From: Polyangiales bacterium
GTDB lineage: Bacteria; Myxococcota_A; Polyangia; Polyangiales; Ga0077539
Direction: 5' to 3'
DNA length: 64,000 nt
Assembly: GCA_044229975.1 (NCBI GenBank)
Contig: JBGARZ010000002.1
Location: 288,001 to 352,000, forward strand
Shown: in pieces, positions 36,254 through 46,658 of the stretch
Numbering within the stretch: position 1 is the first letter of the stretch
Layout of the letters: every line of letters starts with the position of its first letter
Translations under genes and position numbers: made by a program
The notes under the pieces: model-generated
What the model saw: the letters and a program-made list of their open reading frames with translations, nothing else
The model's database searches: none
What the model was told of the DNA's origin: nothing

Positions 36254-38031
36254 CCGTGTGGCAGCGCCTCCAGCGGGTGCGCCTCGGCTTCGAGGCCGCC
36301 TTCGCGGTCGTGACGCTCAGCCTCGCGGCGCCCCTCTACGCCGCTGCCCACGCGCCGTTGCAGGACCTTCCCCAGCACATCGCCGCCGTGTCGGTGCTGC
36401 GTCGGCTGCTCTTCGGCTCGTCGCTCGACGCGATCTTCGAGGTCACGCTCTCTCGAACGCAATACCTGCTCGTGTATGCGTTGGGGGTCCCGCTCTCGAC
36501 CGTGATGGGCGCCGAAGGCGCGGTGCGCCTCCTGGCCGCATTGACGCTGGTGTCGATTCCGTACTCGCTCCGCTTCGCGCTGCGGCGCACCGGCGGCGAC
36601 GAGCGCCTCGCCGCCCTCTCCTGGCCGCTGCTCTGGAACCCGCAGTTCTTCCTGGGCTTCCTCAACCTGCTGCTCGGCGTGCCGCTCGCGCTCGTCGCGG
36701 TCGGTCTCTTCGCCGACCCAGAGCGTCGCACCGAGCCTCGGCGCCAGGTGCTCATGGGCGTGCTGGCGCTCGGGGCCTTCTACGCGCACCTCATCCCCTT
36801 CGGCGTGCTCGGTCTCGGCGTGCTCGTCACCCTCACGCTGCCGTCGTGGAGCCTCCGAACGCTGCGCGCCGACCTCACCTCCCTCATGCGTCAGGTGGCG
36901 TTCCTCATTCCCTCGCTGTTCGCGGTGCTGCTCTGGATCGTACGCACGCCCGCGACCGACGACAGCGTCCGCGCGGGTGGCATCGGCCGCGTGGCCCAGG
37001 CCGAGTGGCCCGCGGTCGCGAGCCTCGCGCGCGAGTTCACCAACACCCTGCTCGATGTTCCGGGCGATCGCGACGAGCGGCTGTTGCTGGCGTGGGGACT
37101 CGCCGCACTGGCTGCTGTTGCGCTCACGGGCAACGACCGCGCACCCGAGGGCGAGGAGACGGCGAGCCGCCTCCGACGTTGGGCTCCCGTCACGGGCGCC
37201 ATCACGGTCGCGGCGATCTACCTCGTACGGCACCGAACCTTCGTCGCGTTGTGGGGCCCCGACGCGCCGGTCGAAGCCACCTGGGGAGAGATCGTCTTCC
37301 GCGCCGTGACACTTGCCGCCGTCGGCGCGCTCGTCGGGTCGTCGCTCGACCGCTGGTCCCTCCCGGCGACGCCGGGCCCCGAGCGCCGCTCGCTCGCGTG
37401 GGTGCCCGCCATCTGCGCGCTGCTCTACGTCGTCACGCCGTCGAGCTACGGCTGGATCTGGCCCATCCACACGCGCTTCCCGCTCGTCGCGGCGCTGCTG
37501 CTCCCGCTCTGGCTGCCGCGGCGCTCGATGGGGCGGGGCGGCTGGCTTCTCGTCGCCGCCCTGGGCGCAGCCTCGGTGGGCTTCGTCGTCGACCTGCGCG
37601 CTCGCGTGGTGCAGTGGCAGGCGACGGAGCTCGGTGACCTCGACGAGGCGCTCTCCCACGCGCGACCGGGCAAGCGGCTCGTGGCGATCCTCGCGCCGCA
37701 GTCGAGCGCGTGGGTGCCCAACGTCCCGACGCTCCACGCGGCGGCCTACTACCAGGCCCGCGGCGGCGCGGTCGCGACCTTCTCCTTCGCGGACTTCCCG
37801 CAGTCGCCGTTTCGGTATCGCGAGGGCGCGAACCGCCCGGCCCGGCTGCCCCCGCGCTGGGAGTGGACCGCGTCGCTCGACGTCGCCGACCCCGACCGGC
37901 GCTACTACGACTATGTGCTCGTGCGCCGCGGAACGACGGACATCCCCTCCACCGACACGATCAGGTATCGTGCGACGTACTCGGGTCGCGAATGGCTCCT
38001 GTATGAGCGCACCCGCGAGGTGATTCCCTGA
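36250..38031 (+). CDS. Polytopic membrane protein, GT-C-like
   Basis: About 11-13 hydrophobic segments, PLQDLPQH after TM1, GFLN, and a soluble C-terminus (YDYVLVR). GTGA overlap with the peptidase. Confidence 0.7.
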   Translation: MTVWQRLQRVRLGFEAAFAVVTLSLAAPLYAAAHAPLQDLPQHIAAVSVLRRLLFGSSLDAIFEVTLSRTQYLLVYALGVPLSTVMGAEGAVRLLAALTLVSIPYSLRFALRRTGGDERLAALSWPLLWNPQFFLGFLNLLLGVPLALVAVGLFADPERRTEPRRQVLMGVLALGAFYAHLIPFGVLGLGVLVTLTLPSWSLRTLRADLTSLMRQVAFLIPSLFAVLLWIVRTPATDDSVRAGGIGRVAQAEWPAVASLAREFTNTLLDVPGDRDERLLLAWGLAALAAVALTGNDRAPEGEETASRLRRWAPVTGAITVAAIYLVRHRTFVALWGPDAPVEATWGEIVFRAVTLAAVGALVGSSLDRWSLPATPGPERRSLAWVPAICALLYVVTPSSYGWIWPIHTRFPLVAALLLPLWLPRRSMGRGGWLLVAALGAASVGFVVDLRARVVQWQATELGDLDEALSHARPGKRLVAILAPQSSAWVPNVPTLHAAAYYQARGGAVATFSFADFPQSPFRYREGANRPARLPPRWEWTASLDVADPDRRYYDYVLVRRGTTDIPSTDTIRYRATYSGREWLLYERTREVIP

Positions 38032-38930
38032 TGGAGATCGTCATCGAGCGAGGGCGCATCGTCCGCTTCGAAGAACTCCCCCTCCGCAGCATCGCCCTCG
38101 ACGGCTACGTGCTCGGACCGCGCATCGACGCCGAGCGGGAGCGGTACAGCTTCGACCACCACGGCGACTGCGTGCGCCACGCGACGCGCAGCACCGCCGA
38201 GCAGGTCCACGACGCCATCGCCCTCGGGCTGAAGCCGCGCGAGCTGTCGGTGTTCGTCAACGACGTCGACCTCGACACGGCCCTCGCGGTCTGGCTGCTG
38301 CGCCACATCGACCGCGCGCAGGAGCCCCTCGTCAACCGGCTCGTGCTCTGCGCCGGCCTGCTCGACGCGCACGCCGGCGCCTACCCCCTCGCGGGCGACA
38401 TGCCGACCATCGTCGAGTGGCTCTCCGAGCCCGAGCTCCGCGCGCGCGCCGACGGCAGCTACTACACCCTCGACAACGCGGGCCTGCGGGCGCTGCTCGA
38501 CGAGGTCGGGCGGCGCATCTCCGTCTACGCCGACGGCGCATCACACGCGTACACCGAGCACTTCGTCGTCGACCATCGCTACCGCGTGCTGCGCGAGGGC
38601 ACGGGCTGGGAGCTCGTCGAGAGCCTCGGGTATCGCGCCCACGCGCGGCTCTTCGCCGACGGTCACCAGCGGGTGATGATCCACTCCGATCTGCGCGACG
38701 GCTCGCACGCGTACACGGTGGCGAAGCGGTCGGAGTTCGTGAAGTTCTTCCCCGTGCGCGCCATCCTCGCGGCGCTCAACGAGCGCGAGCGGGGTTGGGG
38801 CGGCGGCAGCACCGTCGGAGGAGCGCCGCGCAACGCCGACGGGTCGCGCAGTCGGCTCACGCCCGATGAGGTCTTCGACATCGTCGAGTCGGTGGTGCGC
38901 GCCTCCGCCGCGTGCCTCGGCGACGATTGA
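38031..38930 (+). CDS. DHH-like phosphoesterase candidate
   Basis: FDHH, DVDLD, LLD and WGGG..GGAPR. TGATG overlap with the previous gene. Confidence 0.6.
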   Translation: MEIVIERGRIVRFEELPLRSIALDGYVLGPRIDAERERYSFDHHGDCVRHATRSTAEQVHDAIALGLKPRELSVFVNDVDLDTALAVWLLRHIDRAQEPLVNRLVLCAGLLDAHAGAYPLAGDMPTIVEWLSEPELRARADGSYYTLDNAGLRALLDEVGRRISVYADGASHAYTEHFVVDHRYRVLREGTGWELVESLGYRAHARLFADGHQRVMIHSDLRDGSHAYTVAKRSEFVKFFPVRAILAALNERERGWGGGSTVGGAPRNADGSRSRLTPDEVFDIVESVVRASAACLGDD

Positions 38931-39005
38931 CAGTGCCCTACCCGCGAACCATCGTTGGCCGTCCGCAACCCGACGCGCCGCGCGCGTCTTGAAGGAGCAT
39001 CCGCC

Positions 39006-39338
39006 ATGGCATCCGATCTCGTGAAGACCGTCACCGACCAGTCCTTCGACGCCGAGGTGTTGAAGTCCGACGTTCCTGTGCTCCTCGATTTCACCGCCAC
39101 GTGGTGCGGGCCCTGCAAGGCTCTCTCCCCCATCGTCGACAAGATCGCCAACGGCTACGCCGGGCGTCTCAAGGTCGCCAAGATCGACATCGATGACTCT
39201 CCCTCGACCCCGTCGAGCCTCGGCATCCGCGGCGTCCCGACGGTGATCCTCTTCAAGGGTGGCCGCGAGGTTGCCCGCTCGGTCGGTCTTGCGCCCGAGT
39301 CGAAGCTCGTCGCGATGTTCGAGCAGCACCTCGGCTGA
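39006..39338 (+). CDS. trxA: Thioredoxin
   Basis: WCGPC active site, GVPT, and AAGGAG RBS. Confidence 0.95.
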   Translation: MASDLVKTVTDQSFDAEVLKSDVPVLLDFTATWCGPCKALSPIVDKIANGYAGRLKVAKIDIDDSPSTPSSLGIRGVPTVILFKGGREVARSVGLAPESKLVAMFEQHLG

Positions 39339-39348
39339 CCGTCCCCGG

Positions 39349-41034
39349 TCAGTCGTCTTCGATCAACTCGATCTCGTCCAGGGTCTCCATCCGCGGGACC
39401 CGCCGCTCCGCATCCAGCATCTTCGCCGCCCGCAACAACCTCGGATCGATGACGTCGTCGTCGCGCAGCGAGCGTGACGACGCGCCCGGCGACGGCGCAG
39501 ACCGCGGAGGCGGAGCGCCGTACTGGGGAGGCGCGGACGGCTGCGGTCGGCCGCTCTGGAGCGGAGGCAGCACGCGCGTCTTCACGGGCGTCTTCTCGCT
39601 CGCAGGAGGAGACGTGAGGCCACCGGGAGGACCCGAGCGCACCGCGAGGTTGGGCGGCGGCCCGGAGGCCGCGATGGCCGCGTGGGCGACGGCGTTCACC
39701 ACCAACGGGAGCGAGGCCGTGGCGCTGCCGAGTCGACCCTGCGCGGGGTCTCGCTCGGACTCGGTCTGCGGCGCGATGGTTGGCAGGCGCGACGAGGGAT
39801 GTGGCTCGGGGCGGGCCTTCGCGCGGGTCACCTCGTCGACCGCCGGCTGCACCGCGACCTGCTCGGGCAGCGGGAGCGGCGGGTCGGCGGGTCGCTGCGA
39901 CAGACCCACCATCGCCGAGAGCGCGTCGAGGAGCATGCGGCTCCCGGCCGGTCGACGACCGGGCTCGCGGTCGAGCAGCGTGGCGACGGCGCGACGTAGC
40001 TCCGGGGTGAAGCTCGACAGGTCGGGGCCGCGGTCGGGCGTTGCGCCTCCGATGATCTCGGTGGTCATCGCGCCGAGGGCGTAGAGGTCGGCGCTCGCGG
40101 TGGGGCGTCGACCCGCGACGACCTCGGGCGCGAGGTACGGCATCGCCTCGGCCTGCGACGCGCGCACCCGCTCGACCAGCCGATCGGGGGGGATGCACAC
40201 GCCGAGGATGCCGTCGGTCAGGAGCAGGCCGCGCGCGGTGACCATGACGTTTTCGGGGCGCAGCAAGCCGTGCGGCGAGGCCGTGTGCATCGCCTGGAGC
40301 GCGATGACGAGCGAGTGCACCACCCGCAGCGACTCCTCCGCGGAGAGGGCCGCGCCGCGGGACTTGCGGGCGTCGAGCACCGCGCGCAGCGACACGCCGT
40401 CGACGAGCGGGCTCACCACCGCGACACAGCCCGGCGCGAGCACCACGTCGGAGGGCAGCACGCACCCCGCGAGCGAGCGCTTCGTGAACATCTCGCACTT
40501 GCCGTGGAAGTCCCGCCGCTCGCCCTCGTTGAGGAGCAGCAGCGCGCCCATGACCTTCACCGCGACGTCGGGCCCGCCGGTGGTGTCGGTGGCGCGCCAC
40601 GTCGTCCCGAAGAGCCCCTCACCGAGCCGCGCCGTGAGCTGAAAGCGCTCGCGCAGCCACTCACCGGCCGACAGTCGGAGCTGCGGGTTGGTGAGGGCGC
40701 TCTGGGTGTCGACGTCGTCGTCCTCGACCACCAGGAGCGCAGGACGCGGAGGCGCCTTGGGGAGCGTCGGCGGCGGTGGTCGCGGCGGCGGCGCGGCGGG
40801 TGGCGACGGCGACGCGGACGACGGTCGCAGCGAGGCGTTGGGCACGCGCGCGTTGGGTGGCGGCCCGCTCACGTTGAGACGCGAGGGGGCGACCCGCGCC
40901 GCGGGCGACGAGGACGGCGGACGCGAGGCGGGCGGCGGGAGCGGCCGCGCGTTGGCGAGCGAAGCCTTGCACACCGGGCATCGAGAGGCCGACGGGTCGA
41001 GGCGCGCGTTGCAGTACGGGCAATGGGTCAGCAC
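39349..41034 (-). CDS. Zinc-ribbon plus Ser/Thr kinase-fold protein (probable pseudokinase)
   Basis: CPYC..CPVC, GEGLFG, VAVK, HGLLRPEN, YLAPE and ADLYALG. Confidence 0.8.
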   Translation of the reverse strand: MLTHCPYCNARLDPSASRCPVCKASLANARPLPPPASRPPSSSPAARVAPSRLNVSGPPPNARVPNASLRPSSASPSPPAAPPPRPPPPTLPKAPPRPALLVVEDDDVDTQSALTNPQLRLSAGEWLRERFQLTARLGEGLFGTTWRATDTTGGPDVAVKVMGALLLLNEGERRDFHGKCEMFTKRSLAGCVLPSDVVLAPGCVAVVSPLVDGVSLRAVLDARKSRGAALSAEESLRVVHSLVIALQAMHTASPHGLLRPENVMVTARGLLLTDGILGVCIPPDRLVERVRASQAEAMPYLAPEVVAGRRPTASADLYALGAMTTEIIGGATPDRGPDLSSFTPELRRAVATLLDREPGRRPAGSRMLLDALSAMVGLSQRPADPPLPLPEQVAVQPAVDEVTRAKARPEPHPSSRLPTIAPQTESERDPAQGRLGSATASLPLVVNAVAHAAIAASGPPPNLAVRSGPPGGLTSPPASEKTPVKTRVLPPLQSGRPQPSAPPQYGAPPPRSAPSPGASSRSLRDDDVIDPRLLRAAKMLDAERRVPRMETLDEIELIEDD

Positions 41035-41069
41035 GTCAGCGGTCCCTTCGCCGACGTTACCACGTCCCC

Positions 41070-41516
41070 TCAGCGGCCCGTGGAGCCGAAGCCACCACCG
41101 CCACGCGCCGTGGGGTCGATCTCCGAGACCTCGGCGACCTCGACCCGCGCGACGGGGGCGATGACGAGTTGGGCGACGCGCTCGCCGCGACTGATGACCA
41201 CCGGGACCTGTCCGAGGTTGGCCAGAAGCACCTGGAGCTCTCCGCGGTAGTCGGCGTCGATGGTTCCGGGGGCGTTGAGCACGGCGAGGCCCTCTCGGAG
41301 GGCCCGACCCGAGCGAGCGCGCACCTGCCCCTCGTGCCCGTCGGGGATCACCAACACCAGCCCGGTCGGAACGAGCGCACGACCACCGGGAGCGAGGGTC
41401 AGAGGCTGGTCGGCGGCGACCGCGGCGTGCAGGTCGAGCCCGGCGGACTGCGGGGTCTGATAGGTCGGGAGTGGGAGGTCGGTCGCGTGGGCGAGCCGCT
41501 GGACAAGCAGGCGCAT
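41070..41516 (-). CDS. dut: dUTP diphosphatase
   Basis: [23 protein letters not shown] and [10 protein letters not shown]. Confidence 0.96.
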   Translation of the reverse strand: MRLLVQRLAHATDLPLPTYQTPQSAGLDLHAAVAADQPLTLAPGGRALVPTGLVLVIPDGHEGQVRARSGRALREGLAVLNAPGTIDADYRGELQVLLANLGQVPVVISRGERVAQLVIAPVARVEVAEVSEIDPTARGGGGFGSTGR

Positions 41517-41520
41517 CGCC

Positions 41521-42276
41521 TCAGCGATCGTCGCCCGGCGGCAAGGCGGTCAAGTTTCCCGTCGGGTCGGCCGCGAGTCGTCGCAGCGCCTCACCCGCCG
41601 CCGCCTGCTCCGCGCGCTTCTTGCTGGTCCCGACGCCGCGGGTTCGCAGGTGGGGGTCGGCGATCATCTCGACCTCCCAGGTGCGATGGTGGTCGGGCCC
41701 CTCGGCGCTCACCACCTCGTAGCGCGGCGTGATGGCGAGGCGCGCCTGCACGACCTCCTGGAGCCGCGTCTTGTCGTCGAGGTCGGGCGTCGCGCGGGTG
41801 AGCGCAGTGTCGATCTCGGGTGTGAGCAGCCGGTCGACCACCACGCGCGCCGCGTCGAGGCCGCCGTCGAGGTACACCGCCGCGAGCGTCGCCTCCAGCG
41901 CGTCGGCGAGCAGCGACGGCTTGGCCCGACCGCCCGTCTGCGCCTCGCCGCGACCGAGCTGGAGCGCGTCACCGATGCCCAGTCGTGTGCTGAGACGGGC
42001 GAGCGTCGCCTCGTTGACCACGGCGGCCCGCAGCCGGGTGAGGTCGCCCTCGCGCGCTTCGGGCAGACGTCGCCAGAGCAGCTCGCTCACGCAGAGCGAA
42101 AGCACGGCGTCGCCCAGAAACTCCAGGCGCTCGTTGTCGGCCGGACGCGCGCCGCGACGGGCCGCGCGCACCTCGTGGGCAGACGATCGGTGGGTCATCG
42201 CCATCTCCAGCAGCGACGGGTCGCGCAGCGTGATGCCGAGGGCAGATTGGAGGGCGGTGAGGAGTTCCTTGTCCAC
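41521..42276 (-). CDS. rnc: Ribonuclease III
   Basis: [22 protein letters not shown], and dsRBD ([20 protein letters not shown]). GTG start is inferred. Confidence 0.95.
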   Translation of the reverse strand: MDKELLTALQSALGITLRDPSLLEMAMTHRSSAHEVRAARRGARPADNERLEFLGDAVLSLCVSELLWRRLPEAREGDLTRLRAAVVNEATLARLSTRLGIGDALQLGRGEAQTGGRAKPSLLADALEATLAAVYLDGGLDAARVVVDRLLTPEIDTALTRATPDLDDKTRLQEVVQARLAITPRYEVVSAEGPDHHRTWEVEMIADPHLRTRGVGTSKKRAEQAAAGEALRRLAADPTGNLTALPPGDDR

Positions 42277-42376
42277 GGGGGTCTCGGCCTCTACCACCGG
42301 CGGGGGCGCGGGTTCCAGTCCCCTCCCTTCGAGCGGTTCGCTGTGCCGCGTCGCGGTGGTAAAGGGTGGAGCCGAG

Positions 42377-43450
42377 ATGTTGCCGCTCGTCCTCACGCTC
42401 GCCGCGGTCACCGTGTTCGCGCTGGGGGTCCTCCTCTGGCTGTCGGTCTCGTCGCGGGTCCTCCGCCGGGGCTTCGCCTTCGACGCCGTCGAGACCGTCG
42501 CCACACCCGATGGCGCCCACATCGTGCTTGGGCACCTGCTCCCGCGTGGCACCCCGTCGGCGCTGCCGCCCATCGTGCTCTGCCACGGCCTCGCGATGAA
42601 CCGCCACGCCTTCGCCCTCGACCCCGACCGCTCCCTCGCCGCGCACCTCGCCTCGCTCGGCCGCGACGTCTGGGTGCTCGAACTCCGCGGCGCCCACCCC
42701 GACACCCGCAGCGCTGCCACGCGCTTCAGCACCTTCGACACCTACGTCGAGGTCGACGTCCCGACGGCCATCACCGAGGTCTGCGCCCGCACCGGCGCCT
42801 CCACCGTCGACTGGATCGGCTTCAGCATGGGCGGCATGCTCGCCTACGCCTACCTTGGCGCGTGCCGCGGCGACCGCGTGCGCCGACTGGTCACCATCGG
42901 CTCGCCCGCGCGCTTCGCGGCCCATCCCCATGGGCGCCAGCTCATCCCGCCGCGGCCCATCGTGGCGCTCGCGGGCAAGCTCCGGTACACGCCCTTCCGC
43001 TCGCTCGCGCTGCTCGTCGCGCCGCTCATGCTCAAGCGCGCGCCCTACCGCCTCACCCGCGCCGTGCGCCCCTGGAACTACAGCACCCCGATGCTCCGCT
43101 CGGTCATGGCCAGCAGCTTCGGTGACGTTCCGACCGGGGTCACGATGCAGTTCATCCGTTGGATCAACCAGGGCAGCTTCGACAGCAACGACGGCCGCCG
43201 CGACTACGACGCCGGGCTCCGCGAGCTCAGCGTCCCGATGCGGGTCATCGTGGGCTCGCGCGACCGCCTCGCGCCGCCGCCCGTCGCCCGCCACGCCTTC
43301 GACGTCAGCGGATCCCCCGAGAAGGACTTCCAGGAGGTCGGCCGCGCCACCGGCGCCGGGCGCGAGTACGACCACCTCGATCTCGTGCTGGGCGCCGATG
43401 CGCCCGACGAGGTGTTTCCGCTCGTGGTCGACTGGCTCTCGCGCGAGTGA
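42377..43450 (+). CDS. Membrane-anchored alpha/beta hydrolase
   Basis: N-terminal TM, LCHG, GFSMGG nucleophile, GSRD, and YDHLDL. Confidence 0.88.
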   Translation: MLPLVLTLAAVTVFALGVLLWLSVSSRVLRRGFAFDAVETVATPDGAHIVLGHLLPRGTPSALPPIVLCHGLAMNRHAFALDPDRSLAAHLASLGRDVWVLELRGAHPDTRSAATRFSTFDTYVEVDVPTAITEVCARTGASTVDWIGFSMGGMLAYAYLGACRGDRVRRLVTIGSPARFAAHPHGRQLIPPRPIVALAGKLRYTPFRSLALLVAPLMLKRAPYRLTRAVRPWNYSTPMLRSVMASSFGDVPTGVTMQFIRWINQGSFDSNDGRRDYDAGLRELSVPMRVIVGSRDRLAPPPVARHAFDVSGSPEKDFQEVGRATGAGREYDHLDLVLGADAPDEVFPLVVDWLSRE

Positions 43451-45025
43451 TCAGCGCGGCACGGCGAGCACGTAGACCACGAACACCGAGTTGGGCGGCG
43501 AGTCGGGGCGGTCGCCCTGCGCCACGCCCACGCCAACGAAGCGCGACGCGGCGTCGAGCAGCGGCTCCAGTCGCTCGGCGCCGTCGATGCGCGGGCCAAA
43601 CGCCGCCGCCACGCTGATGCGCCGGTAGAGCAGGCCCTCGCGCTGCATCCGTCCGCTCGCATCCTGAAGCGCCTGCTGCTGCGTGCGCGACGGGTCGCGG
43701 AAGAAGCCGGTCGCCGCTTCGAGGGCCGCCGTCGTGAGGTTGGGACGCTCCTCCAGCACGGCGAGGCCGCGACCCTGGCGAGCGAGGTTGACGGCGCGCA
43801 ACAACGACCGGGCGGCCGCGGCCGCGTCGATGGACGTCGCGACGGCGATGAAGTCCTGGGTGACGAGGAGCCCGTTGCCCGTCGGGTCGCGCACCACGCC
43901 GATGCCAACGTGGGTGACCTCGGCGTTGAGCAGGTTGGCGCGGTGCCCGGGGCTCGCCATGAGCCCGTCGAAGATCTCCCTCGGACCGTATCCGCGCGCG
44001 ACGTTTTCCAACGTCAGCCCGCTGCGGAGACCGGCGCGTTGCAGACGATCGGAGGTGGTCCCCTGCGTGGGCGAGTTGTGCGCGACGAAGCGGTGCTCGG
44101 CCATGTCCTGGCAGTGCGCGCGGGCCACCTCGGTGAGCGCCGGGAGCGTTGCGAGCGGGCGAAGGCTCGCGTGCGTGCGCGCGTCGTTGAGGAGGCGCAG
44201 CAGCTCGGCCTCGACCTCTTCGGGAGCACCCACCACCTCCGCAGCGCCATCTTCAGGCGACGCCGGCGCGGCCGTGTCGACGTACACCGGGAAGTTGGCG
44301 AGCACGGTGTTTCCTTCGGGCCCGACGGCTTCGAGCTCCACCTGCCACACACCGCGCGCGTCGAGCGCAACCCTCCCCAGGAACTCCGGACCATCGCCCA
44401 ACGGGATGTCTTCGACCCGACCGTCGGGGTGCGCGAGCGAGAGCGTCGGCGTGCGCAACCCGGCCTCGATGGCGCCTTCCAACACGAGGCGATCACCGAC
44501 GGCGAACTGGCGCGCGACGGCCCCGAGACGCAGCCGCCGCCGCGAGAGCGCGACGACCATCCAGCGCTCGCCGCCGCGCTCGACCTCGGCGACGCCGAGG
44601 TGCGTCGGGTGATCTTGCGAGGCGATCTCCCGCAGGCCCGCGGCGGTCTCGTCGCTGAGCGGACCATCACCGCCACGGCGCACCGTCACGATGGTCGGGA
44701 TCGGGTCGGTGAGCCCGACCTGCCACGAGAGCCCCTGCACCAGCCGCGCGCTCGGTGGGCGGTGCGACGGATCGTTGGCCACCCGCTGCGCGATCGATCG
44801 TGCGGTCTCGGTGAGCGCCGGATCGATGGCGAGCGAGGCGCCCGACGGACCGAGCGCCGCGCGCGCCACGTCGGCGAGCTGTCGGGTCGGAGCGGGAGCT
44901 TCCCACGCGGACGACTGGACGTAGCGGGAGACGGCGACGGCGGTTGTGCCGCGGGTCTGCGACGGCGGCGAGCACGCGACGGCGCACGCCACCAAGGCCG
45001 CGAGGGTCGCCCGCCGGCGGGTCAT
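43451..45025 (-). CDS. CAP (SCP) domain lipoprotein
   Basis: Lipobox AVA-C, LNDAR..L.PL, AHCQDM, ENVA, and [18 protein letters not shown]. Confidence 0.88.
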   Translation of the reverse strand: MTRRRATLAALVACAVACSPPSQTRGTTAVAVSRYVQSSAWEAPAPTRQLADVARAALGPSGASLAIDPALTETARSIAQRVANDPSHRPPSARLVQGLSWQVGLTDPIPTIVTVRRGGDGPLSDETAAGLREIASQDHPTHLGVAEVERGGERWMVVALSRRRLRLGAVARQFAVGDRLVLEGAIEAGLRTPTLSLAHPDGRVEDIPLGDGPEFLGRVALDARGVWQVELEAVGPEGNTVLANFPVYVDTAAPASPEDGAAEVVGAPEEVEAELLRLLNDARTHASLRPLATLPALTEVARAHCQDMAEHRFVAHNSPTQGTTSDRLQRAGLRSGLTLENVARGYGPREIFDGLMASPGHRANLLNAEVTHVGIGVVRDPTGNGLLVTQDFIAVATSIDAAAAARSLLRAVNLARQGRGLAVLEERPNLTTAALEAATGFFRDPSRTQQQALQDASGRMQREGLLYRRISVAAAFGPRIDGAERLEPLLDAASRFVGVGVAQGDRPDSPPNSVFVVYVLAVPR

Positions 45026-45606
45026 GGCGCGGCGGACTGCTCGGCCAGGCCGTCGCCGTCGCGGGCGAAGGTGCGCGAGCACGCCTTGCACTTGAGCGTG
45101 GTGTCGAGGCGCTCGCCGCAGCGGCACATCCAGCCCATGAAGCGCGCCGGCACGCCGCCCACCATCGCGAACGGGGGAACGTGGCGGGTCACGACCGCGC
45201 CCGCCGCGATGAAGGCGCCTTCGCCGATGTCGTGGCCGCACACGATGGTGGCGTTGGCGCCGATGCTGGCGCCGCGGCCGACGCGCGTCTCGCGGTACTC
45301 GTCCTTGCGCGGAAACGCCGACCGCGGGTTGAGCACGTTGGTGAACACCGCGCTCGGGCCCACGAAGACGTCGTCCGACAGGTGGACGCCGTCGTAGAGC
45401 GAGACGTTGTTCTGGATGCGGACGTTGTCGCCGACGGTGACGCGGCTTCCGACGTAGCAGTTCTGTCCGAAGGAGCTGCGCTTGCCGATGCGCGCGCCCG
45501 GGCTGATGTGACAGAAGTGCCAGACCTTGGTGCCCTCGCCGAGGGTCGCGCCCTCGTCGACGATGGCGCTCGGGTGGACGTAGAACGACGCGGTGGTTTC
45601 GGCCAT
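45022..45606 (-). CDS. Hexapeptide N-acetyltransferase (WbpD/WlbB-like)
   Basis: [37 protein letters not shown], and GWMCRCG. Confidence 0.9.
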   Translation of the reverse strand: MAETTASFYVHPSAIVDEGATLGEGTKVWHFCHISPGARIGKRSSFGQNCYVGSRVTVGDNVRIQNNVSLYDGVHLSDDVFVGPSAVFTNVLNPRSAFPRKDEYRETRVGRGASIGANATIVCGHDIGEGAFIAAGAVVTRHVPPFAMVGGVPARFMGWMCRCGERLDTTLKCKACSRTFARDGDGLAEQSAAP

Positions 45607-45644
45607 GGCGGTGATCCTGGTGGGCGGTGACGGGGGAGCGGACG

Positions 45645-46658
45645 TTACAGGATGATGGGGGCGCCGCCGCGGCGGAGCGATGCCTCGGCGGCCGCGAGCG
45701 CTTCGACGACGCGACACGCCTCGGGGCCGCCGGTGCGCGGGGCCTTGCGGTCGCGCACACACTCGATGAAGTGACGCACCTCCAGCCGGAGCGGCTCCTC
45801 CATCGGGACGCTCGGAATCAGGATGTCTCCGTCGCGCAGCGTGAGAAACGCGTCGTACGTCTGGTACTCCTGCGGCCGGTCGAAGCCCTTGTCGTGGATG
45901 CGGATCTTCTCCGTCGGATGCCCGTCGTCGAACACCAGCATCTTCTTGGAGCCGACCACCGTGAGCGAGCGGTTCTTGTGCGGGTCGAGCCAGGAGAGCT
46001 GCACGTTGGCCATCACCCCCGACTTGAAGGCCACGTTGACGAAGACGACGTCCTCGGTGCCCGGCCGGAGGTACGCGTGGCCGCGCGCGGCGACGGAGGT
46101 CATCGGCTCGTTGATGAGCTCGAAGATCATCGAGAAGTCATGCGGCCCAAGCGACCACAGGGCGTTCTCGTCGGTGCGGATCTTCCCGAGGTTGACCCGC
46201 TGCGCGTAGATGTAGAGCACGTCGCCGAGCGCGCCCGAGCGCACGATGTCCACGACCCGCTGAAACGCCGGGTGATAGACCATCAGGTGGCCGCACATCA
46301 GCACGCGCCCGAGCCGCGCGGCGTCGTCGGTGACCGCGCGGGCATCCGCGATGTTCTGCGCCAGGGGCTTCTCGACGAAGACGTCCTTGCCCGCGGCGAG
46401 CGCCTCGCGGGCGAGCTTCGCGTGCGACGAGCCGGGCGTGGCGAGCACCACCGCGTCGACGTCCGTCATCGCCAGCAGCTCTTCCCACGACCCCGTGATG
46501 CGGGCCTGCGGATACTCGCGCTTGAGCCGCGCCTGAACCTTCTCGTCGGCGTCACACACCGCGGCGAGCTCGGCGCCCTCGGCGGTGGCGAAGTTGCGAA
46601 CGAGGTTCTTGCCCCAGTAGCCGGCGCCGACGCAGCCGATGCGAACCTTGCCGCTCAC
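45645..46658 (-). CDS. Gfo/Idh/MocA oxidoreductase (WbpB-like sugar 3-dehydrogenase)
   Basis: GAGYWG, VEKP and HD. GTGA overlap with the aminotransferase gene. Confidence 0.88.
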   Translation of the reverse strand: MSGKVRIGCVGAGYWGKNLVRNFATAEGAELAAVCDADEKVQARLKREYPQARITGSWEELLAMTDVDAVVLATPGSSHAKLAREALAAGKDVFVEKPLAQNIADARAVTDDAARLGRVLMCGHLMVYHPAFQRVVDIVRSGALGDVLYIYAQRVNLGKIRTDENALWSLGPHDFSMIFELINEPMTSVAARGHAYLRPGTEDVVFVNVAFKSGVMANVQLSWLDPHKNRSLTVVGSKKMLVFDDGHPTEKIRIHDKGFDRPQEYQTYDAFLTLRDGDILIPSVPMEEPLRLEVRHFIECVRDRKAPRTGGPEACRVVEALAAAEASLRRGGAPIIL

